Sequence record: SRR31156797_335
DNA length: 64,000 bases
Direction: 5' to 3' (one strand)
Below, one piece after another: positions 48,207-57,565 of this stretch. The position numbers and the translations under genes were made by a program. Within the stretch, counting starts at the first letter, position 1. Each line of letters opens with the position of its first letter. A model generated the notes under the pieces. That model did not search any database. It saw only the letters and a program-made list of their open reading frames with translations, and was not told the DNA's origin.

Positions 48207-49151
48207 ATGACTACCAATACAATACCTGATGCATCGAATTTTGTAAAAGGAGTAGATACTTCTTTCGAGATAATTCTGGGAATTATTTTTTTCTTTTTGA
48301 TTGCCATAACTGCAACCATGATCTATTTTGTGTTTCGTTATCGAAAAGAAAAAAATCCAAAAGCAACGCAAATACACGGAAGTGTAAGCCTTGAAATATT
48401 ATGGACGGTAATTCCTACTGCCCTGGTAATGGTAATGTTTTACTATGGTTGGATGGGCTATAAACCAATGAAAGAGGCTCCTGAAGATGCATTTACCATT
48501 GAAACTGTTGGTAGAATGTGGAATTGGCAATTTAAGTACGAAAATGGAAAAACTACAGATACATTATACGTACCTAAAGATAGAGCCATAAAACTAGATT
48601 TAGTGGCACTAGATGTTCTACATAGTGTTTACATTCCATCTTTTAGATTGAAACAAGATGTTGTTCCCGGACAGGAACAAATGATGTGGTTTATCCCTGG
48701 TCGCGAAGGTGAATTTGACCTGTTTTGTACCGAATATTGTGGTTTGCAGCATTCTTATATGCAAACCTCTGTAATTGTAATGCCTCAGGAAAAATTTGAT
48801 AGTTGGTACATAGATACTACTCAAACGGTAACTCTAATTGCCGATAGACCTGGCGCATTGGGTTATTCCATTGTTAAAAAGAATGGATGTTTGGCATGCC
48901 ACTCCATTGATGGATCTAAACTTGTTGGTCCAACGTGGAAAGGTCTTTTTGGTAAAACCGAAACTGTAAAAAGTGGAGGAAAAACCAGAGAACAAATCGT
49001 TGACAGTACTTATGTATTGAATTCAATTTACAATCCTAATGATGACATTGTAAAGGGATATCAAAAAGGATTAATGCTTTCGTATAAGAATGAACTAACC
49101 GAAGATGATATCGGTGAAATTATCGAATTTATGAAGACACTTAGCGAATAA
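48207..49151 (+). CDS. ctaC: Cytochrome c oxidase subunit II with fused C-terminal cytochrome c
   Basis: LEILWTVIP, DVLHS, CuA motif CTEYCGLQHSYM, C-terminal CLACH. Confidence 0.94.
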   Translation: MTTNTIPDASNFVKGVDTSFEIILGIIFFFLIAITATMIYFVFRYRKEKNPKATQIHGSVSLEILWTVIPTALVMVMFYYGWMGYKPMKEAPEDAFTIETVGRMWNWQFKYENGKTTDTLYVPKDRAIKLDLVALDVLHSVYIPSFRLKQDVVPGQEQMMWFIPGREGEFDLFCTEYCGLQHSYMQTSVIVMPQEKFDSWYIDTTQTVTLIADRPGALGYSIVKKNGCLACHSIDGSKLVGPTWKGLFGKTETVKSGGKTREQIVDSTYVLNSIYNPNDDIVKGYQKGLMLSYKNELTEDDIGEIIEFMKTLSE

Positions 49152-49186
49152 GTTAAAGCTCTCATTATCAAATCAAATTTTCTTAA

Positions 49187-50056
49187 ATGAATAAAATATC
49201 TGCTAAAATATCCGTACTACTGGAATTAGGAAAGTTTAAAATTGCTGTACCTATTGCCATTTCATGTTTTACTGGATATATACTTTACTCTCCCGATTTT
49301 TCAACAGAAATGCTTAAGGTTATATTTGGTATTTTTCTAATTGTAATGGGTGCTTCAGCATTAAATCATGTGCAAGAACACAAGAAGGATGCAATGATGG
49401 ATCGTACAAAGTTTCGTCCCATACCATCTGGAAAAATATCCATTTCAGAAGCCGTTAGATGGAGTGCATTTTTTCTTCTTTTGGGTTGTGGTTTATTAGC
49501 TTGGGGAGGAAATCCATTAAGTTTATGGGTGGCAATTATATCCATTTTTTGGTACAATTTGGTTTATACTCCTTTAAAGCAGTTTTCTGCCTTTGCTGTG
49601 GTTCCTGGTGCTTTAAGTGGTGCATTCCCTCCATGGATTGGATGGATTGCAGCTGGTGGTGACGCATTTGCTCCACCTATTCTTGCTTTGGCTTTCTTCT
49701 TCTTTATTGGGCAAATTCCACATTTTTGGCTACTCCTATTGTTATATGGAGAAGATTACAAACAAGCCGGATTTAAAGTATTAACAGATGTTTTTAGTCG
49801 CAAGCAAATTCATAAAATTACCCTGATATGGATGTTGGCAACAATTGTTGTAGCCCTTCTTCTTCCGGCTTTCAGCGTAATTTCATCTGAAGTTTTAATA
49901 TGGGTTTTACTGGCATTATCCCTTTGGATTATTCCCAATAGTTTTATTCTCTTAAAAGGTAGTGAGCGCCTAAATATTAGAAAATTATTCCTTCGACTGA
50001 ACTTTTACTTTTTGTTGATCATGATCATGATAAGTGTCGATAAATTCTATTTTTAA
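49187..50056 (+). CDS. ctaB: Protoheme IX farnesyltransferase (heme o synthase)
   Basis: ALNH..E..KDAMMDRT..RPIPSG, YTPLK, QIPHFW, DYKQAG. Confidence 0.92.
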   Translation: MNKISAKISVLLELGKFKIAVPIAISCFTGYILYSPDFSTEMLKVIFGIFLIVMGASALNHVQEHKKDAMMDRTKFRPIPSGKISISEAVRWSAFFLLLGCGLLAWGGNPLSLWVAIISIFWYNLVYTPLKQFSAFAVVPGALSGAFPPWIGWIAAGGDAFAPPILALAFFFFIGQIPHFWLLLLLYGEDYKQAGFKVLTDVFSRKQIHKITLIWMLATIVVALLLPAFSVISSEVLIWVLLALSLWIIPNSFILLKGSERLNIRKLFLRLNFYFLLIMIMISVDKFYF

Positions 50057-50143
50057 AATGTTATTTTAATGTTATTACCTATTACAATCTAGACATTTAC
50101 ATGAAACTGTTCTAATTTTATATATCAACTAAACCAGACAAAT

Positions 50144-50464
50144 ATGAAAAAAATAATCATTCTAATATTGGCAATAGGACTATTTGCTGCATGTGAGTCA
50201 ACTGCAAAAAAAGGCGACAAAGCCAATTCTGAAACTACCACACAAATAGTAGAATATGAAGAAGTAGAAATTAATGTTACAGGAATGACTTGTACCGGTT
50301 GTGAAAAAACGGTTGAAAATGGTCTTAAACAAGTTGATGGCGTTAAAGAGGTTCGGGCATCTCACAAAAACAACAAAGTCACAATTAAGATTGAAAAAGA
50401 TAAAGTAAATCGAGAGGCACTAGCTCAAAAAATCGAAACCGTTGGGTACGCGGTAACAAAATAA
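50144..50464 (+). CDS. HMA-domain (CopZ-like) lipoprotein
   Basis: Lipobox FAAC, GMTCTGC. Confidence 0.85.
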   Translation: MKKIIILILAIGLFAACESTAKKGDKANSETTTQIVEYEEVEINVTGMTCTGCEKTVENGLKQVDGVKEVRASHKNNKVTIKIEKDKVNREALAQKIETVGYAVTK

Positions 50465-50468
50465 TATA

Positions 50469-50496
50469 GACACTTCCTTAATCGGAAGTGTTTTTT
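50469..50496. terminator. Terminator between the convergent cox and nos clusters
   Basis: GACACTTCC-ttaatc-GGAAGTGTT followed by T-tract. Confidence 0.75.
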
Positions 50497-50498
50497 AT

Positions 50499-51281
50499 TT
50501 AAAAATCTTTCCTGTTGGAATATCGAACCAGTAGATAAACTGGAATTACCACCCAAGTGATTAGTGCAATGGAAGATGCAAGAATTCCTTTCCACGCTCC
50601 AAAAAACTTGTAAAATACTGCCCCGGTATATCCCATTAAAGCAGACGTATCCAAAAATAACATTATTAAAACCCGCCCAAGATCAATTGGGTTAAATAAA
50701 GTAAATCCTATTGCCAATTTTTCGGTTGGATATGCTTCAAACCAAACCAAAATTAACAGAAATATTCCATCATAAATAATGGACATAAATAACCAGATAA
50801 ACAAAGCTAATCCAAAGCCTTTAATTCTATTTTCAAAACGTAAGGCAACAAAATAACTCAGTAAAGAAAAGATTAGACCTAAAGTAAACCCAACAATTAG
50901 TAACACCATAAAATTAGCTAGATGGTCGCTTCCTAGTATTCCCCAAAAAACAAATGGCAAGCCTACTCCCAAAATAAAACTGAACGAAAGGGATAAACTT
51001 AAACCCAAATATTGTCCTAAAAAAAAGGATTTCCGCTTAATAGGTTGTGCCAATAACAACTCTGCAAATTCTCTTGAATTGTATTGATAGATAGCTCCAA
51101 AAACAGTAGCAACAAGCGGAATAAGAATGAGTATCACATTCATCATACTAATGATTGATTTAGTAATATCTCCATTCATATATAGGATTGATCCGGTAAT
51201 CAGAAGGAAAAATAGAAAGTAGACCAAGCTCCAGGTGCTTCTAATTAAATCGAAGAAACAATATTTAAATATCTTATACAT
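50499..51281 (-). CDS. nosY: Nos ABC transporter permease
   Basis: YNSREFAELLLAQP, NPIDLGR...ALMGYTGA; last gene of the nos cluster. Confidence 0.9.
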   Translation of the reverse strand: MYKIFKYCFFDLIRSTWSLVYFLFFLLITGSILYMNGDITKSIISMMNVILILIPLVATVFGAIYQYNSREFAELLLAQPIKRKSFFLGQYLGLSLSLSFSFILGVGLPFVFWGILGSDHLANFMVLLIVGFTLGLIFSLLSYFVALRFENRIKGFGLALFIWLFMSIIYDGIFLLILVWFEAYPTEKLAIGFTLFNPIDLGRVLIMLFLDTSALMGYTGAVFYKFFGAWKGILASSIALITWVVIPVYLLVRYSNRKDF

Positions 51282-51981
51282 CTTGTTTTTCTATTAGGTT
51301 CGTAATAGCCATTTCCAAACTTCCTGCTCCATTTCTTTTATTCAAATCATGAACAGTACCTTTAAAGAAAATATCTCCCTCCAGCAGAAATACAATTTCA
51401 TCAGATATCTCCTCAACCAAACTCATTATATGCGTTGTGTAAATTATCAATTTTCCTTTTGCTTTTTCATTGTTCAAAAGTTCTTTCAATTTAGAAATTG
51501 CAACAGGATCAAGCCCAACTGTAGGTTCATCGAGTATAATAACAGGAGAATCAAACATGAACGCTAGCACCATATTAACTTTTTGCCTGGTACCTCCGGA
51601 TAAATTCCGTAAGGGTTTATGAAGTTCTTTCTCTAAGCCAAACCATTTGATTAATTCCTCATCATTTGCATCCTGTTTTCTAATATCATGTGTTAAGTCA
51701 ATCAATTCCTTAATTTTTAAATTTTCAGGAAACTTGGCAATTTGAGGCAAATAGCTAATGTGCTTACGATATTCCCAATCTCCTAAAATTGATTTTTCCA
51801 TATATTGAATTTCACCTTTTTGTGGAATTACCAAACCAAGAATACATTTAATAAGAGTTGTTTTTCCCGAACCATTAGGTCCTAAAATTGCAATTATCTT
51901 ATTTTTATCAAGCGAAAGCGATATTCCCTTTAACACCTGATTTTTTCTATAGCTTTTTTCCAGGTCTGTAATTTCAATCAT
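51274..51981 (-). CDS. nosF: Nos ABC transporter ATPase
   Basis: GPNGSGKTT, LSGGTRQK, LDEPT; between nosD and nosY. Confidence 0.9.
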   Translation of the reverse strand: MIEITDLEKSYRKNQVLKGISLSLDKNKIIAILGPNGSGKTTLIKCILGLVIPQKGEIQYMEKSILGDWEYRKHISYLPQIAKFPENLKIKELIDLTHDIRKQDANDEELIKWFGLEKELHKPLRNLSGGTRQKVNMVLAFMFDSPVIILDEPTVGLDPVAISKLKELLNNEKAKGKLIIYTTHIMSLVEEISDEIVFLLEGDIFFKGTVHDLNKRNGAGSLEMAITNLIEKQDV

Positions 51982-53215
51982 ATCTGATTTCTTTTTTTAG
52001 AGGCTTGTGATCCATTAAATAATCTGGAGTCAATACTGGATTTACCTTCTCTGCAAAATTAATTACATCAATTAGCATGCTTCTCATGAGGATACTCGAT
52101 GAAGGAATTTTCCCAATTATCCTTGAAAAAAGTTTTACTGGTCGATAAGGAACATCTCCTACTCCATCTTTATCCAAATCATATCCTGTATATAAACTCC
52201 AATAATTTCCATTAAAATTGTTGCTTTTCGAATTTCCAACCACAGCAACTTCAAAAGTATTATTGAAAAAATTATTTTGATAAAACTGATTATCAGTACT
52301 ACTACCATATATTTTTAAAGCCCAACCATTCTGTTTAAATTCATTTTGATGTACTTGCACTCGATTTGAGCCTTCCATATAAATGCCAATAGTATTCGAT
52401 TCAAAGGAATTTCTCTGGATTTCACTATCAGTGATATCCTTAAGCAGTAAACCATATGAAGCACTACCCCAATTAAATTCAAAAACATTTTTATACATAC
52501 GAATGTGTTTTGAAAACATTACTGCGACACCTGCACCATTCGATCGAAATGTATTGCCAATGTATTTATCATGATCGGAAAACATGAAATGAAGACCATA
52601 TCGTATATTGTCTACCACAAGATTATTAATCACCGTACTTTTATCTACAAACTCAAGATAAATCCCGTCACGGTGATTTCTGGTTTCATTGTTCTCAACC
52701 AAGATATTTCGGCAATACCACAGGTGAATGGCATTACCTGAAGACATTTCATCCTGAGCAATACCTTTAATGAAGTTATTTCGAATGATGCAATCTTGTG
52801 AGTTTTTTAAAAAGATCCCGAAAAAGGTTGTTTCCAATCTGTTATCTTCAAAAACACAGTAACGCTGTTTGTTCACTTTTATGGCAGCATGATCTTTAAT
52901 GTAGCTTACTTTTACATTTTGCAGCTGTACTCCCTTTATGGTGACACTATCCGATTCTATGGTGAAAATCTCTTTCTTCTCTATGTTCTCAATTATAGGA
53001 TAGTGAATTCCAATAATGGTAAGAGGATGTTCTATCAATAGATTTGGTTCAATGTACTCACCAGTTTGAATAATGATAGTATCTCCTTTCTGACTCTTTT
53101 TAATAGCCTCCGATAAACTTGAAATGGCACCTCCTACTTCAACTTTAAACTGATCAGCCCAAGAAAAAAAAGACAATTGTAAAAGAACTACAATACATAG
53201 ATATATTTTTCTCAA
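51974..53215 (-). CDS. nosD: Nitrous oxide reductase maturation protein NosD (TTG start)
   Basis: Beta-helix repeats, GNAIHLW, RDGIY, RYGLHFMFS, GNYWS.Y.GYDLDKDGVGDVPYRP. Confidence 0.93.
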   Translation of the reverse strand: MRKIYLCIVVLLQLSFFSWADQFKVEVGGAISSLSEAIKKSQKGDTIIIQTGEYIEPNLLIEHPLTIIGIHYPIIENIEKKEIFTIESDSVTIKGVQLQNVKVSYIKDHAAIKVNKQRYCVFEDNRLETTFFGIFLKNSQDCIIRNNFIKGIAQDEMSSGNAIHLWYCRNILVENNETRNHRDGIYLEFVDKSTVINNLVVDNIRYGLHFMFSDHDKYIGNTFRSNGAGVAVMFSKHIRMYKNVFEFNWGSASYGLLLKDITDSEIQRNSFESNTIGIYMEGSNRVQVHQNEFKQNGWALKIYGSSTDNQFYQNNFFNNTFEVAVVGNSKSNNFNGNYWSLYTGYDLDKDGVGDVPYRPVKLFSRIIGKIPSSSILMRSMLIDVINFAEKVNPVLTPDYLMDHKPLKKEIRYD

Positions 53216-53221
53216 ATCAAT

Positions 53222-53665
53222 CTATTTTAGTTCATTAAACTTACGATTAAGAGTTTCCCAGTTGTAGATATCACCACCATAACTCTCTTGAGCTTTCTCT
53301 GCTCCAGCTTTGGTACTAAAAGCCGTAAGATACATTCCCATTGGGCTAGGTAAATTTTTTGCATGAAGATAAAAAGCATTTCTTGCCTCCGCTAGTTTTC
53401 CAGGTGTATCATATGAAGTAATCATTATAAATGCCGCATCACTTTCTACAACATTCCCTTTGTGAATAAAATCAATCAAACACTCAACTGAATCAAATTT
53501 GTATACTTTTGATTTTTTTGTAACTAACTCGGTGCCATATTGTTTTTCCATTATCATCATTTTGCAATAATGGCATTCATCCTGACCATACTGAATTGGT
53601 TGCTCTTTTGGTTTACATGCGACAAAAAACACCAACATGAAAATAAAACAGATGTACTTGTTCAT
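53222..53665 (-). CDS. nosL: NosL copper chaperone lipoprotein
   Basis: Lipobox FVAC, DECHYCKM, KFDSVEC, SPMG. Confidence 0.92.
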   Translation of the reverse strand: MNKYICFIFMLVFFVACKPKEQPIQYGQDECHYCKMMIMEKQYGTELVTKKSKVYKFDSVECLIDFIHKGNVVESDAAFIMITSYDTPGKLAEARNAFYLHAKNLPSPMGMYLTAFSTKAGAEKAQESYGGDIYNWETLNRKFNELK

Positions 53666-53667
53666 AA

Positions 53668-54240
53668 TTATTTCTTTTTTAGGGTAACAACATAAGATAA
53701 GGCGTTAAAAACTACTGCCAGGAATAGGAACAATGATCCGATATGCGGCCATGAAATGGCGTTAAAATTCAGTAACATTTTCGATCCTATCAAAGGTGGC
53801 TGATAAACCATACCTGGAATTTTAATTGGGGCGCTTGGACTCAAATTATGACCATAATCATATTCCCATAAATAAAAATCATAAATGCCTAAGGCTCCTA
53901 AAATGATTAGTAAAACACCCCAGTAAATAAAGTATTTCGTTTTCTTCGTTATCGCTAATCCCAAACCAAGAACAACCATAAATATAACTACAAAAGGAAA
54001 GTATTTTAACTCCGGAATCGAGTCAGGTTCAATATATTTCATCCCAATGTAATGATTCAAAATATTAATGTTCTGAAGAGTACTAGGTGTATCTCCTGTG
54101 ATTTTATTCACCCAAATGTACATGTTAACACCATCGGGATACTGGGGCGCTTCCAATCTAATTTTCCAAAGTGGAAATAAGAACAATCCTAGAAGCATTA
54201 CTGATGCAAGACACATCAGAATTATTGATTTTTTATTCAT
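53668..54240 (-). CDS. nosB: Clade II nos membrane protein (NosB-like)
   Basis: PLWKIRLEAPQYP, NINILNHYIGM, WEYDYGHNL, YQPPLIG; immediately after nosZ. Confidence 0.8.
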   Translation of the reverse strand: MNKKSIILMCLASVMLLGLFLFPLWKIRLEAPQYPDGVNMYIWVNKITGDTPSTLQNINILNHYIGMKYIEPDSIPELKYFPFVVIFMVVLGLGLAITKKTKYFIYWGVLLIILGALGIYDFYLWEYDYGHNLSPSAPIKIPGMVYQPPLIGSKMLLNFNAISWPHIGSLFLFLAVVFNALSYVVTLKKK

Positions 54241-54281
54241 TCTTTCAATTTTCGGTTAGTGTAATCGTATGAGAAGAGATG

Positions 54282-54318
54282 AAAAATCCAGCAGAACCTT
54301 TTATTCGGTTCTACTGGA
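54282..54318 (-). terminator. Internal terminator/stabilising hairpin after nosZ
   Basis: Minus strand UCCAGUAGAACC-gaauaaaa-GGUUCUGCUGGA-UUUUU. Confidence 0.7.
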
Positions 54319-54331
54319 TGATCTATTTTAA

Positions 54332-56302
54332 TTATTCGTCAAAATCTCCAACACTCCACTTTAATTCAACATTTGAATTCTTTGGAGAAACTCTAATATA
54401 ACCTTGCATTTCCTGGTGAAGAGCAGAACAGAAATCGGTGCAATAGAATGGATAAATTCCTTCTCGCTGAGGATTCCAAACCAAAGTTTCCGTTTGACCA
54501 GGCATTACCAAAATTTCAGATGTACGAGCTCCCATTACACTTAATCCATGAGGTACATCCCAATCCTGTTCCAGATTCGTCAAGTGGAAATAAACCTTAT
54601 CTCCAACTTTAATACCTTCAATATTATCTGGTGCAAAATGACTTCTTATCGATGTCATATAAATGTGTACATCAGTTCCCTCTCTAACCACTTTAGCCTC
54701 ATCTTCCGACTTAATATGATGTGGATGCTTATTCTCATCCAGTTTATAAAATTTAAGAGAGTTTTTCATTATAATATCAGCAGGTATGGCTTGTGCATAA
54801 TGAGGTTCTCCAATTGTTGGAAAATCCAGCAACAATTTCATTTTCTCTCCTGAGATATCAAAAAGTTGAGCTGAATGTGCCAATTCTGGTCCTGTAGGTA
54901 AATAACGATCTTTTGTAATCTTATTCATAGCAACCATATACTTCCCAAATGGCTGTTTGGAATCTCCTCCAGGTATCATAAGGTGCCCTACTGAATAGTA
55001 ACAAGGAGCGCGATCCACAACTTCCCAGGTTCCCAACTTCCATTTCACAACTTCCGATGAAATAAAGAAAGTTGTATAAGCATTCCCTTTACCATCAAAT
55101 TCTGTATGCAAAGGACCTAAGCCACTACTTTTAACCGAACCTGCAAGAACTGCTTCATAGTTGATAACCGGAATTCCTTCAACTTCATCATCAAAATTAT
55201 CTTCTTTTATTGCTTTTAACATCTTCGTAAAAGAGTGTACCGTAACATCTGATGATAATTTTCCATTCCCACAAATGTATTCTCCTGTTGGATCAACATC
55301 AACACCATGAGGTGATTTCGGAGTCGGTAAATAGTAAATTAAACCTGGACATTCTTCAGGAATAAGAACTTTCACTTCTTTTTTCATCTCTGAAGTTGCC
55401 ATGTGTGTATGCTCATCGTAAACATTGTGAGCATAATTGGCTGGTAATGTTTTAAATCTACCAGCGGCAAGATATTCTTCCGCCTTTTTCCAATTTACTG
55501 CGGCGATATAGTCCTTATCTTTTTGAGATGCTCCAATTTCCAATAAGGTATTACTTTCCTCAGTATTGTAACTTGTAAAGAAAGTCCATCCATGGGATTT
55601 TCCTTTTCCTGAGTGCGCTAAATCATAATCATATCCAGGAACTAAAATCTGAAAAGCAACGTCCATTTCTCCTTTTTCTCCAACACTTATATAAGTTAAG
55701 GCACCTTTAAAATTCTCTTTATAGGTATTAATAGCTACATCTTTTTGAGGAATAGGCACACTAAATCGAGTTCCTGCAACTACATACTCCGAATTTTCAG
55801 TGATAAATGGAGAACTATGGTTTCCTCCACTATTAGGAATTTCAATAATTTCAGCCGTTTCAAATGTTGTTAAATCAATACGAGCAATTCTTGGAGTATT
55901 GTTTCCATTAATAAATATCCATCGTCCATCAGGGACTCCATTGGTTTGCGAAAGTTCAGGATGATGAGAATCGTCCCAAGGAATAAAACCAAATGAAGTA
56001 TTCAGCATTGGCTTAGTTTCCTCATTAAAACCATATGCTTTTTCAGCATCAACAGAGAAAACAGGGATTACTTTAAACAATCGACCTGAAGGCAAGCCAT
56101 ACACAGAAAGCTGACCACTAAATCCTCCAGAAAAAAAGGCATAAAACTCATCAAACTCACCGGGAGCAACATAAACTTGAGAGGCTGCATCACTATCTCC
56201 AAAAGCACCTTTTGATTGTTTGGATGATTCACTATTACATGCGGATAAACTTATTCCTATTACCAGAATAAAAGCAAACCACTTTAAATAATTCTTTTTC
56301 AT
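54332..56302 (-). CDS. nosZ: Nitrous-oxide reductase, clade II (Sec/lipoprotein signal)
   Basis: Lipobox LSAC with no twin-Arg; CuZ His motifs DSHH, GNH, PHG, GPLH, GHL, EPH; CuA DVPHG...CTDFCSALHQEM. Confidence 0.97.
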   Translation of the reverse strand: MKKNYLKWFAFILVIGISLSACNSESSKQSKGAFGDSDAASQVYVAPGEFDEFYAFFSGGFSGQLSVYGLPSGRLFKVIPVFSVDAEKAYGFNEETKPMLNTSFGFIPWDDSHHPELSQTNGVPDGRWIFINGNNTPRIARIDLTTFETAEIIEIPNSGGNHSSPFITENSEYVVAGTRFSVPIPQKDVAINTYKENFKGALTYISVGEKGEMDVAFQILVPGYDYDLAHSGKGKSHGWTFFTSYNTEESNTLLEIGASQKDKDYIAAVNWKKAEEYLAAGRFKTLPANYAHNVYDEHTHMATSEMKKEVKVLIPEECPGLIYYLPTPKSPHGVDVDPTGEYICGNGKLSSDVTVHSFTKMLKAIKEDNFDDEVEGIPVINYEAVLAGSVKSSGLGPLHTEFDGKGNAYTTFFISSEVVKWKLGTWEVVDRAPCYYSVGHLMIPGGDSKQPFGKYMVAMNKITKDRYLPTGPELAHSAQLFDISGEKMKLLLDFPTIGEPHYAQAIPADIIMKNSLKFYKLDENKHPHHIKSEDEAKVVREGTDVHIYMTSIRSHFAPDNIEGIKVGDKVYFHLTNLEQDWDVPHGLSVMGARTSEILVMPGQTETLVWNPQREGIYPFYCTDFCSALHQEMQGYIRVSPKNSNVELKWSVGDFDE

Positions 56303-56574
56303 ATTCCTAAGGTTTAATGTTAAGTAATATCATATATTGAAAATTTTCACTAACAAATTCACTTAGGAAATTAACCTATAAACAGAGATTATAACTCCCC
56401 TATAAGTTATTCTATTTTGATGAATTTCTTCATCAAGTTAATTCCCATAATAGATGGGCTACCTTATTATATATCAACAAAACCCATTCTATCAAAAAGT
56501 TACGTAATATTAAAAATAGAATCAATTTAATTAAGAGAGTTCTATGTCTTTTTTTAAGAATACTCGAATAAGTA

Positions 56575-57552
56575 TTATTTTATGGTTCTGAAATATTCCA
56601 AAACCTTTCTTGTCTCATCCTGAGTAAGATTTTGGTTTGCCATAGGCGAGATATACCTTTGTAATAACTCTTTTGCAATAGGATCCTTTTCTACCATTCC
56701 TTCCGGATTTAGTATCATATTCATGATCCATTCAGGAGTTCTTCTATCCATAATACCTTTTGGTGCAGGACCAATATAACGCTTCGTTGGTTTATGGCAA
56801 CTTGTACAAAGACGTTTATATAATTTCTCTCCCTCTTCTGCCATTTTCATATTTACAGGACCTAAAGTAACCGATGACACCGGACCAACACCTTTTGCTC
56901 CTGAGTAAAGTTTAGCCAAACGAGCTTCAAATTCTGCATTGCTCTCTTTAGGACCTGTATCCGCCAATTCAAAATTATCTTCTCCTAATTTTTGTCCTTG
57001 TAATTTAACTTTTACATACTCAATAATTTTCCATCTGTCTTCCGGTTTAATTTGCGGACCATGAGCTCCCATTACACCAAAACCAACAGTAATTACATGA
57101 TAAATTTCACCACGTGGTGTTGCTTTCATCACATCGGTAACCAAACTTCTTGGAGAGTAAGGATATTTTCCACTTGTAAATAAAAATCCTTTCCCATTTC
57201 CCTTTAAGCCATGGCAATTGTAACAGTAAATTTTATAAAGTTTTTTACCTTCGGCTACATCTCTCATTTTCATCTCATCAGGATTAAATACAGTTATTCC
57301 AGCAAGTTGTCTGTTCTCAATTGTTTTCTCAAAATCGAATGGTATCATTCCTCTAGGCACAGTACCTTCTGGCGGTAATCGTAAGGATTTACCATCGTCG
57401 AAATTAGGATTGCTCGAATAAGGTTCATATGCTCGTGAATCCATCATATCAGGGTAATAAGAATAGCCTGGATGGTTGCGATCCTCATCACATGAAGTGA
57501 ACAAAGCTAAATGTAGAATTAATCCGAAAGTATATATTAAGTATCTTCTCAT
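56575..57552 (-). CDS. actE: ActE-like lipoprotein cytochrome c fused to a second (nos-type) cytochrome c domain; diheme
   Basis: Lipobox FTSC, YYPDMMDS, PPEGTVPRG, CYNCH (aa110-114), YHVIT.G.GVM, EDRWKI; then linker and KGVGPV...CTSCH (aa249-253)...RRTPEWIMNMILNP...PMANQNLT. Confidence 0.85.
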   Translation of the reverse strand: MRRYLIYTFGLILHLALFTSCDEDRNHPGYSYYPDMMDSRAYEPYSSNPNFDDGKSLRLPPEGTVPRGMIPFDFEKTIENRQLAGITVFNPDEMKMRDVAEGKKLYKIYCYNCHGLKGNGKGFLFTSGKYPYSPRSLVTDVMKATPRGEIYHVITVGFGVMGAHGPQIKPEDRWKIIEYVKVKLQGQKLGEDNFELADTGPKESNAEFEARLAKLYSGAKGVGPVSSVTLGPVNMKMAEEGEKLYKRLCTSCHKPTKRYIGPAPKGIMDRRTPEWIMNMILNPEGMVEKDPIAKELLQRYISPMANQNLTQDETRKVLEYFRTIK

Positions 57553-57565
57553 AGCTAATTATTTA

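Noticed and set aside
56417-56436. Canonical FNR box upstream of nosZ
   Set aside because: TTGAT and ATCAA are separated by 10 nt rather than 4; reported only as an unassigned palindrome
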